Assembly: GCF_000143415.4 (NCBI RefSeq)
Contig: NW_003314610.1
Location: 1 to 9,289 of the forward strand
Origin: Selaginella moellendorffii
Taxonomy: Eukaryota; Plantae; Lycopodiophyta
Reading direction: 5' to 3'
Length of the DNA stretch: 9,289 nucleotides
Position numbers and translations under genes: made by a program. Below are positions 1 through 7,899 of the stretch, piece after piece (position 1 is the first letter of the stretch; the number at the start of each line of letters is the position of its first letter). The notes below the pieces were generated by a model. The model searched no databases and had not been told where the DNA came from. It worked only from the letters and a program-made list of their open reading frames with translations.

Positions 1-747
1 ATGGGAGGGTCACGAAGTTGGGCCGTGGATAGAGCCCATAGCAGAAGATGCTAAAGAGACGTACTAGGGGTGAACATCCTCCGGACTTGGCAAAGAAGAG
101 TCTTTGCTATGGAACCGAAACAATACCTCAAGGAAGGAGGTAGAGATTCGATGTTGCTTGGTACAACAATCAACGGATAGGAGCAAAAGATGAGTGGCCA
201 AGATAGGGCCGTGGAATCCCTTGGAAGGAATCCAAGTGACAAAGTTAGGCGAGGAACACTAATGTGTTGGACGCTAACAAGTTGCGGAAAAGGAAGTGTG
301 TTTCCAAGGAGGGATTCCGAAATGCTCCGATTTGGCGAAAGTGGAAGCTCCAAGGGAGGGAGCGGTAAGGTAGCCAAATGATAGGGCCATGAACAGCCCT
401 AGCACAAAGTATGATAACTGGAACTTTGGCACGAAATAGAAGAGAGGATGATGGTGCCCTCGAGTAGAGAACTTCCTAGGATGGGAAGTGGAGTTGCACA
501 AAAGGTGCAAGGCAAGGTGTCGGGGACACCTAGGAAATTGACTCCAAGAAGTCAAAATTCAAAGTTCCAAAGTGCAAAGGTTATATCGATGGAAATTGAG
601 ACTACTCGAGAAGGAGTAGTGGGATTGACTTAGAGAAGGGTCTCTAAGAGGTTTAGCGAGAACTAAACCAATAAAAGGAGAGAACCACTATATGTGGTCC
701 AATCAGTCTCCAAGTTGGAGAGACTACCCTCCTTAGAGGATATGCAA

Positions 748-837
748 AAGGCATGGTGAGCCTTCAATGTCCAACCATTGACGAATATGGAGAAGGCATG
801 GTGAGCCTTCAATGTCACACCATTTGACAAATATTGG
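748..837 (+). repeat. 45-bp tandem duplication (2 copies)
   Basis: AAGGCATGGTGAGCCTTCAATGTC occurs identically at 748 and 793, followed by similar tails (caaccattgacgaatatgg / acaccatttgacaaatattgg). Confidence 0.9.
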
Positions 838-1170
838 CTACGCGCCAAGGATGGAAATGGTAACACATGCGGGTGTTACTTTATAAAATGGTTCACCGTT
901 CGATGAGGACATCGAACTTCGTCTATGGGTGGTGGAGTTGTGAGACACAAAATCCCTAGGCCCCAAAGTGGAGCCGGAAGGGCACCACATGGTAGTGGCC
1001 GAAGCGAGAGCCAAACGAGCGTAACACATTTGGACCAAAAACTCCGACTTGAAAAGTCAAAAGCGGGAGTGGAACTCCCAACGAAGTGCTCGAGGAACGA
1101 GCACGAAGCGAGCAAAAGGCGAGGCTCCAAAAAGGGACCCAAAAGGACCAACACATGACACGTGGGAGTG

Positions 1171-1526
1171 TCCGAGATGGACCCGAGTTGGAGTCCGAAG
1201 TGGAGTCCGAGATGGAGTCCGAAGTGGAGTCCGAGGTGGACCCGAGATGGACCCGAGTTGGAGTCCGAAGTGGAGTCCGAGATGGAGTCCGAGGTGGAGT
1301 CCGAGGTGGACCCGAGATGGACCCGAGTTGGAGTCCGAAGTGGAGTCCGAGATGGACCCGAGATGGAGTCCGAGATGGAGTCCGAGATGGAGTCCGAGGT
1401 GGACCCGAGATGGACCCGAAATGGAGTCCGAGATGGAGTCCGAGATGGACCCGAGATGGAGTCCGAGATGGAGTCTGAGATGGACCCGAGATGGACCCGA
1501 GATGGAGTCCGAGATGGAGTCCAAAG
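1171..1526 (+). repeat. Minisatellite of 12-bp (GGAGTCCGAGAT) and 11-bp (GGACCCGAGAT) units with a 70-bp higher-order period
   Basis: Blocks starting at 1171, 1241 and 1311 are near-identical (70 bp = 2x11 + 4x12). The unit order becomes less regular after about 1356. Confidence 0.95.
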
Positions 1527-1660
1527 TCGAGACTGAGACCGGGACCGAGACCGAGACCGAGACCGAGATCGGGACCGAGACCGAGACCGAGGCCGAGGCC
1601 AAGACCGAGCCCGAGCCCGAGTCCGAGTCCGAATCCGAGTCCGAGTCCGAGTCCGAGTCC
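1527..1660 (+). repeat. Hexamer microsatellite (CCGAGN)n, about 22 units
   Basis: Mostly CCGAGA units, then CCGAGG x2, CCGAGC x2 and a CCGAGT run. Confidence 0.95.
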
Positions 1661-1756
1661 GGAGCCTGAGAGGGTGAAAGCCCAAAGCGTTCGTCTCCCA
1701 GACCCTGGGGGGTTTGGTGAGCTCCAAAAGTATAGTAGGGGGAGGACTGCAGTGGA

Positions 1757-1797
1757 GCCAGTTTGGCCAGGAAAGGCCAGTTTGGCCCAGGAAGGCC
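1757..1797 (+). repeat. 19-bp tandem duplication
   Basis: gccagtttggccaggaaag followed by gccagtttggcccaggaag. Confidence 0.8.
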
Positions 1798-2439
1798 GAA
1801 CCCAGTGTTGGGTGATGAGCTGCCCACTGGGAAGTCCAAGACTAGAGTGAACACAGACCGACAAGCAGGGTAGCTTGGTGAAGTGTTCAAGAGCCGGCTC
1901 TAGTTCCCCCGGGAGATCGACTGGCCGATGCTCCCAGTCCAAGTGTGGGTGGCACTACCTACTTGGATACCTGGTGTGGCTCAACGGAACCCGCTCTAAG
2001 CCCATGGCTAGAGCACCCAAGGGCAGAAGGCGAGGAGAGTACCCAGGTGGCTCGCGTAAGGCCACGGTGTTCCGAAATGTTGTCCCAAAGGCCCAGACTG
2101 TGGAAAGGAAGAGGAGCAATCCTCTGGGGTAGTGACCAAGGACACAGTCGTGTGGTGAGGAAGTCCCAGAGGACCGTGGGACTTAGTGGTCGGGCCTGTG
2201 GGTCTCGATCCAGTGGCAGTGTTGGCAAACACGGCCAGGGGCAGAAAGGGACTTAGTGGGGACTGACAGAGGGATATTGGGGAAGGCTATTCCCCTTGTC
2301 GGTGGGCATCCTAAGGATGCTAAGGAGTGGATCTGAGATGACCACTCACGGATGGTTTGCCTAGTCTTGGAGAGCCAAAACGGTGATGCAAGTGGTATTG
2401 GACTACCAGTGTGGCAAAGGTGATTGGGCATGGCCTTAG

Positions 2440-2664
2440 TGTAACGGGCTGCTATGTCGGTGGTACCTTTGAGTGTCGGTCATTGGATCGGACACGTGGG
2501 GCACTTGGACCAAGTGCAAATGTTGAGTGGCATGGATGCCATTCTCGGGGCTAGCAAGTCCGAAGTCCTGGATTGGACTTATGGAGGTTGTGAATGAGAC
2601 TCCTCCAAGTGGTCAAAGGTGTGGTTAAGTGACTAAAGTAGAATGGAAAACTTAGTCAGTTACA
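2440..2664. mobile_element. LTR-like terminal segment (225 bp) with 6-bp terminal inverted repeats TGTAAC...GTTACA
   Basis: TGTAAC at 2440-2445 and GTTACA at 2659-2664 match the TG...CA LTR signature, and the right end coincides with the insertion breakpoint. No second copy, canonical PBS or canonical PPT is visible in the window. Confidence 0.5.
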
Positions 2665-2964
2665 TGGACCTCCAAGCTTTGACAACCAAGTGAAGAATAG
2701 ATGGGACCAGGGTGCCTGGATCAAATCAAACTCGAGCTCAGCCAAGCCATCTTCCACGACAATACCTTAAACGGCTGTTGCTGGTTCTTGTTGCAGCATA
2801 CTTACGCTTTGTTTCTCAAAAGTAGCCTTTGCATCAGCTGCTTGTCAGATTGAGACGAAGAGTCCGCCCATTTTGTTTGCCATGGCCTCGCCAGAGCATG
2901 GAGCAAGTGAGAGTTTCATTCCATCGAGAAGAGAATGGTTTCTTTCTTGAGCTTGACTGCAGCA
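2664..2964. repeat. Segmental duplicate, copy A (paralogous to 5760-6069), truncated on the left by the mobile element
   Basis: Long shared tracts with 5760-6069, e.g. gtgcctggatcaaatcaaactcgagctcag and aagtgagagtttcattccatcgagaagagaatggtttctttcttgagcttgac. Confidence 0.95.
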
Positions 2965-3145
2965 GATTTCTCTAGACATGCAAAACAACAGAAATCTTAT
3001 AAACCCACCTTGCATATGTCTCATGAATGAGTGTGGACTTTTCAGGAGTATCGGTGGGCCTCAAGCTACTCTTTGTTTATAAATTGTTTATAAATGTAAA
3101 TGCTCTTGTGCAGGAAGCTTATGAATACTTCTTATGAAAAGCACC

Positions 3146-3802
3146 TCAACTCTTGTATCCATTTTCGTGGCTCGATTTTGGTAGCATCTGTAACGTTATG
3201 TGGCTGTAGAGTGGCTGTTGCCTGATGCATTCTTGAAACACTTTGCTCTCTTTAACAGAAGAAACAGTCTGTTGTAACACACAAAGCTTAGACATTTTTC
3301 CCAAAAGGAAAGAAATATACCTTGAGGTATAGTCTGAAGCCGTGTCCCACAACTTGACGCCCAAGGAAGTTAATCACCCATGTCGGAACAAGGTTGAGCT
3401 TAAGGTCCAGGTGTATTACTGCTCTGTAAAAGAAATAGTGACTATCTTAAGAAGAAAACAAAAAAAAAAAAAAAAACTAATAGTGTACCTTATGTAGCAT
3501 TTCTCGTCGCTAATCTTCTGGAGGATGAATCCACCGTTGGCTTCCATGCGAATGACGCCCTCTTTTGGAGGAGGCAAATGAGAAGCATTAAAACCATGGA
3601 TGGTCTCCTTGACGATAGTCTCTGCTTCCTGGGGGACCTGGCAAATCACCACCATTGGAGTGAATAAAATAACAAAAGAGGCACAGTGATTGATAGCTTA
3701 ACTGTTCGCAAGCAGCCAACCACGGCATCCAATTCAGGTAGCTCCAGTTCGAAAGACGTGACCAGCATTTCTCTTGTCGCAAACGGCCATGGAACCTTAC
3801 AC
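3146..3802 (-). CDS. START/SRPBCC (polyketide cyclase/lipid transport superfamily)-like protein, four 3' exons: 3703-3802, 3489-3637, 3321-3423, 3146-3268
   Basis: Splicing at GT-AG introns 3638-3702 (65 bp), 3424-3488 (65 bp) and 3269-3320 (52 bp) gives one open frame: CKVPWPFATREMLVTSFELELPELDAVVGCLRT-VPQEAETIVKETIHGFNASHLPPPKEGVIRMEANGGFILQKISDEKCYIR-AVIHLDLKLNLVPTWVINFLGRQVVGHGFRLYLK-TVSSVKESKVFQECIRQQPLYSHITLQMLPKSSHENGYKS*. The KVPWP..RE, GGF.LQK and D.KL..VP...INF..RQ..G.GF.LY motifs match a conserved plant START-like family as I recall it. Confidence 0.85.
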
Positions 3803-4289
3803 CTGGCAAGAGCTTGTAGAATTTAAACGCGGGACGGAGGAGCTGCTGCACTACCACCAGCGTTGGCTTTTGGATTGATCAGCAGGGCACAAGGGATGTA
3901 CGTTGTAGTGAAAGCATTGCTTTCCCACAGTTCATCTTTCGCCCTTTTTGCTCTAAATACTCTTGTTGTGGACAGCCACCTTTTGGCCCCGAGTACTTTC
4001 CATGCATTGCCCCCTCTTCTTCACACAGGGTGTGACTTGAAATTTCATGGATTTTTTCTTGTTGCTGCTAGGAACAAGCATCAAACTTGGATAGAACACG
4101 ACAAGAAAGCCCCTTGATGAAATCTCAAGCTCCCCAGGATTTGAAAGAACAGAGAAGTACCTCCAGCCTTGTACTCTTAACTTTGCTGCTAATCAAGAGC
4201 GTGCCTGGATCAATTTAATCTTCAATGCTCAACCAAGCCATCTTCGGACATTCAGTCGTTGGATGCAGGGAAACCTTGTTTCTCAAAAG
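3803..4289 (-). pseudogene. Decayed 5' half of the START-like gene; includes diverged copy B of the duplicated segment (about 4078-4289)
   Basis: Family-like fragments appear in shifting frames (RLE...LSNPGEL.DFIKG; AWKV; RWW*; SSVP/AFK/LQ) with frameshifts and stops. 4201-4244 and 4276-4289 align with 5811-5853 and 5908-5921. Confidence 0.6.
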
Positions 4290-4479
4290 AAGAAAAGGTA
4301 GGTTATCCCAGGGATTCAGTGGTTAAATGCCAGAAGTTCTGGTGCTCTTTCGGCAAATGCTCGTCGATATCGAATTCTTGCAGCTATCAAAGGCGATGTG
4401 GCGGAGATCCAGGTGAGAAACACATGGTGAGAAACACCAGGAACCTCGACTTAAGTTGGCAGAAGGCCCGCTCCAGGCC

Positions 4480-5142
4480 TGGTTGAAAGACTACTGCTGG
4501 AGGGTAAATCAACCACGGCCTTTGGAGGAGGCCATACCCCTGCTGTCTGATCTCCTCGCAATCCTGGAGCTGAGACAATAACACCGTCACCATCTTTGGC
4601 TTGTCGTTGTAGTAATTGGAGCTTGGGGCGGCGATTGGGATGTGGCGCCGATCAGGCTGGGATGCCAGTCTCGAGCTCAAACGGCAATGCCCTGGTTCCA
4701 CCCGATGCAAGTGTCTGTCCAGTTCTTGGCAGAAGAAGATCTCGGCGATGGCATGCTCGCCAACGGAGCACCGTAACGCGGCGATGATTAGCGCGTGGAT
4801 CTCCCCCAGATCGGCATTGATAGCTGCCAAGAGAAATAACTGGATGCTCGGAAAAGAGTAACAAGGGCAAATGCCGCGATCGCAATCTTCCACGAGAAAG
4901 AACCTCGATCTTTCATCTTCTAGAAGATTTCCAGCGCCCGCACTTTCCATACCTTTCTATGACCAGATTAGCAAGGAACCTCGAGGCCGCTGGAGACGAT
5001 TTTCCTCGTGGATGCGCCTTCCCCCTCCCAGATCTGTGCTCACCGCATTCTCGCCCAGGCGCCCACCGCTGGAGATCGCTCCTCCTTCCTGCAAATCTTC
5101 GCTGGATGGCACCTCCTCGTCAAGGCTCAAGCACGATGCCAT
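4480..5142 (-). pseudogene. PLS-class pentatricopeptide repeat (PPR) pseudogene
   Basis: DLGGGRRIH (in ORF 4957-5142), FLANLVIERYGKCG (4937-4978), FSWKIAIAAFA (4866-4898) and GEIHALI lie in different frames. The 3' boundary is uncertain. Confidence 0.75.
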
Positions 5143-5701
5143 GGAAAACCACCGCCATTGCCATTATACGCTACTGCTGCACATTTTCGATCCAGGGGGC
5201 TCTTTACCCGGGCGGTGTGCTGCTGCCGGGCGTGCTCTATGAGTCGAGCAGCATGGTCTTTCTTCTCAGTCTTAGACATCTTCAAACTAGGCTCACAAGC
5301 ACAAGCACTGCTTTTCCGCGGTATGTATGGTTCTTCTCGTGCTCATTTTGTTTATACTCTTGTCCAGTCCAGATCACTTCATTCCTCATCTTCGCCACCC
5401 TTTGGCCTCGAGCATTTTCCAAGATAAAATGGAGGCCTGTAGTTCATCAACATCCAAGGCGTGGAGTGACCACAGCGCAACGTGTGATGAGATGAGTTGG
5501 TGACCTGGTATACGTTTTTTGTGTTATGCCATCTGCTCTTTGGAAACTTTTGAGAAAGCTGGCTCTGAGCTGATTGAGTTTGAGCTTGGTCAAGGCTCTC
5601 ACAGGTTTATTGGATCTCTGGTGCAACCCTGGAGTTTTGTTTGCGGGTGAGTAAGCTTTCACGGTTTCAGAGCAATATATTATATTATTGCCAAGAGAAG
5701 G

Positions 5702-6069
5702 CATCAAAACTTGGAGCTCCAGAGTCTCACGCCCCGAGGATTTGAAAGGATCCAAACCTATGGACCTCCAGCTTGGACAACCAAGTGAAGAATAGATTCC
5801 CGGGACCATGGTGCCTGGATCAAATCAAACTCGAGCTCAGACAAGCCATCTTCCAGAACAATATCTTAAACGGATGTTGCTGGTTCTTGTTGCAGCATAC
5901 TTATACTTTGTTTCTCAAAAGTAGCTTCTGCATCAGCTGCTTGCTCAGATTGAGATGCAGAGTCCATCCAACCCGTTTTGTTTGCCATGGCCTCGCCAGA
6001 GCATGGAGAAAGTGAGAGTTTCATTCCATCGAGAAGAGAATGGTTTCTTTCTTGAGCTTGACAGCAGCA
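5702..6069. repeat. Segmental duplicate, copy C (paralogous to 2664-2964 and about 4078-4289); probable 5' gene fragment on the minus strand
   Basis: High identity to copy A from 5760 onward. 5702-5770 aligns with about 4078-4170 (gcatcaaa(a)cttgga; aggatttgaaag; acctccagc). Confidence 0.9.
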
Positions 6070-6210
6070 ACGCGCTGCGCGCCATGCGCCCACAAAACGA
6101 AAATCTCTTGCGCCGCTGTTTACATGATGGTATACGTTAAGAAGCAATTAGTGTACACTTTGGACGGGAACCTGATGGCCGGATATCTGGCTAGAATAAA
6201 AAAATATATT

Positions 6211-6261
6211 GGCAAGGTCACAGGTTCGAACCCACAGCCAGAGACCCAATCAAATTTTTTT
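6211..6261 (+). promoter_or_regulatory. Pol III B-box / tRNA T-arm-like motif followed by a T7 run (tRNA- or SINE-derived remnant)
   Basis: aaggtcacaGGTTCGAACCC (B-box 6223-6233) and TTTTTTT at 6255-6261. No good A-box or cloverleaf. Confidence 0.35.
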
Positions 6262-6329
6262 GTATGAACGAGGGATTTCTCTTCTCCGCAAAGTCGCTCT
6301 CGGCAGCGTTGCTGGAGCTAAATCTTCTC

Positions 6330-6870
6330 TCATGCCGATCCCCCCAAATGATCCACGCCGCCGCGCCGGGTTCAGGCTCTTGGATCGCGCGATATTCCCT
6401 TTCGCTGGCAAATGCGAGCAGCAAGAACAGGGCATTCGATGGATGCGGCGTCAATCTTGTTCGATTATCGTCTCCTGGAACGCGATGGTCACCGCGTATG
6501 TGGCGGCATCCCGCATCCGAGAGTGAGAGTCTATGTTTGATTGCGTCTCAGAGCGCCATGGAACTCGATGATAATGGCTCTCGCGCAGCAGGGGCAAATT
6601 GTGGCAGCGAAATCGAGCTTGGGCAAAAACGCCGGCCAAGGATCTGGTGTCCTGGACGAATCTACTGCCCAGAATGACAGGACGTTCCATGGGTTCCCCT
6701 TCCAGCAGTGAATAGCAGAGGGGGGATTTGGCCACCTCCAAAGAAATGTTTGATTTCATGCCGGATGAAGACGGTATTGATTCGGCCAGTAGCTGCTCTC
6801 CAGGATCCGCGCGTGGATCCTCTGGCCTCGCAGCCCCTGGATGTCGTCCACGTGGACAATCAGATAGATT
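6330..6870 (+). pseudogene. PLS-class PPR pseudogene
   Basis: RAFD, IVSWNAMVTAY (6467-6499), SMFD, KDLVSWT (6638-6658) and GDLATSKEMFDFMP (6722-6763) occur with frameshifts and stops. Confidence 0.85.
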
Positions 6871-6922
6871 CCAAATCTTGTTTTTCAAATAAGAGGTGCT
6901 GAAATAATATTTTGTTATCTCC

Positions 6923-7060
6923 CAGTGTTCATGGCTTTGTGGTTATAGCATGCACGCTGTAATGTTCTATTGTGAAGGGTTGCTGGGTTCGATTCCCATC
7001 CGCCTCAACTTTCAATTAAGAATAGTACGGTGTTAGGGTCGCCCCCTAACATGAACACTA
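6923..7060 (+). mobile_element. 138-bp MITE-like element with terminal inverted repeats, internal Pol III A/B boxes and a subterminal hairpin
   Basis: CAGTGTTCATG (6923-6933) and CATGAACACTA (7050-7060) share a perfect 10-bp inverted repeat. A-box-like TGGCTTTGTGG at 6932-6942, B-box GGTTCGATTCC at 6986-6996, hairpin TGTTAGGG-tcgcc-CCCTAACA at 7031-7051. No TSD found. Confidence 0.45.
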
Positions 7061-7261
7061 TTTTATTATTTTATTATTAAATTAACTGAACTTTTAAACG
7101 CAGTTTATATTAGTGGTAACTACAAACAAATAAAAGGTTAAGAGCGATACATCACAGCCGTTGGATTAAAGGATATTTTAGAATATACCATCCAAACCGT
7201 TAGATTTTAGTGCGGCTACGGTTTCGCGAGGTGAGAGAGACTCGGGTATTCGTCTTCCTCT

Positions 7262-7827
7262 GTGCAGCGGAAAGCTGCCATCTCTCGATGTTTGGGTGGC
7301 TTGAATCCCTCGGAGCTCTCCATCCGGTTGCACCCAGACAAAGGCCACGTTTTCCATCCCCTCTCTCTCAACTACACAACGGGCCTGTCGTGCCGGACTT
7401 GGGACGAGCTGGTCCAGGAGCTCAGCTGCATCTATTCTGACGCAATTGCTTCGCTCCCTGACACATTCCTTCCGGACGCCAAGACGCGGCAAAATGCGGC
7501 GATCATCCAAGGCATCCAGCCGCCCAAGGACGAAAGGGAGCCGGCTTGGATGTCGAAAACCGAAAACCGAAAGATTCCAAGGATTCAAATGAAGAAACCT
7601 CGATACCCAAAGAGCCTCACCATGGATTTTAGACGATTCCTGGTGCCGGATAGCCACACACAAAAAAAATTCAAAAAATGGATGGATTTAACAGCAAATG
7701 AAATCAATCAAGATGTGGACGTTAGATCTTGCTTCACCTGATATATAGAAGCGACTATGTTCAGGAAGTGAAATCTCCCATTACCAAGACAAAATATGTA
7801 GATCCTATTTTAAAAGCTTCGAAGTGA
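7262..7827 (+). other. Unidentified ORF or gene remnant (159-codon open frame, possible frameshifted continuation to 7827)
   Basis: Protein-like composition and contains LSIRLHPDK. It has no upstream ATG (GTG start in the ORF track) and no recognisable family. Confidence 0.3.
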
Positions 7828-7899
7828 TTACTGTATTGATGCTATTCGTGATGGATAAAGTAGTATCCTAAGAATTGCAACGACTTCCATCATTAGGAC

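Larger units (their letters stand above)
1..2664. mobile_element. Right-hand part of a probable LTR-retroelement-like insertion; non-coding, hairpin-rich internal region with a minisatellite; left end outside the window
   Basis: Ends in ...CAGTTACA at 2664, exactly where homology to the paralogous host segment (5760-6069) starts. The + strand is G/A-rich and dense in short inverted repeats. No convincing gag/pol motifs are visible, so class and orientation are inferred. Confidence 0.6.

Noticed and set aside
1171-1526. CRISPR-like array
   Set aside because: Units are contiguous with no unique spacers, there are no cas genes, and the context is eukaryotic.
1800-1845. Hammerhead-like gTGATGAg motif within the hairpin array
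   Set aside because: It lacks the C of CUGAUGA and has no GAAA core after the stem.
876-1942. Long overlapping ORFs in all six frames (SR-rich, SD-rich, WSPR repeats)
   Set aside because: The minisatellite units lack stop codons, so the open frames are a by-product of low complexity. The non-repeat parts show no protein family.
2385-2410. tRNA-Met primer binding site (gcaagTGGTATTGG)
   Set aside because: Only TGGTAT matches TGGTATCAGAGC, it is not placed just inside the LTR-like end in the right orientation, and it is explained as a hairpin arm.
400-2431. Degenerate gag/aspartic protease on the minus strand
   Set aside because: Only vague resemblances (SNGEP..V, LLGVNFL, QSGPL). There is no D[ST]G catalytic motif, CCHC knuckle or RT motif, so it is not supportable without a profile search.
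2440-2669. Solo LTR
   Set aside because: The flanks (cttag left, tggac right) are not a target-site duplication, and host homology does not resume on the left.
3454-3476. Poly(A) tail of a retroposed element
   Set aside because: It is a poly-T tract inside intron 3424-3488 of the minus-strand START-like gene. No TSD or element body is present.
4596-5495. Plus-strand ORFs of 60-180 aa
   Set aside because: They are largely antisense shadows of the GC-rich PPR remnant with no recognisable domain.
6925-7008. Functional tRNA gene
   Set aside because: A and B boxes are present, but the acceptor stem does not pair and no clean anticodon arm forms.
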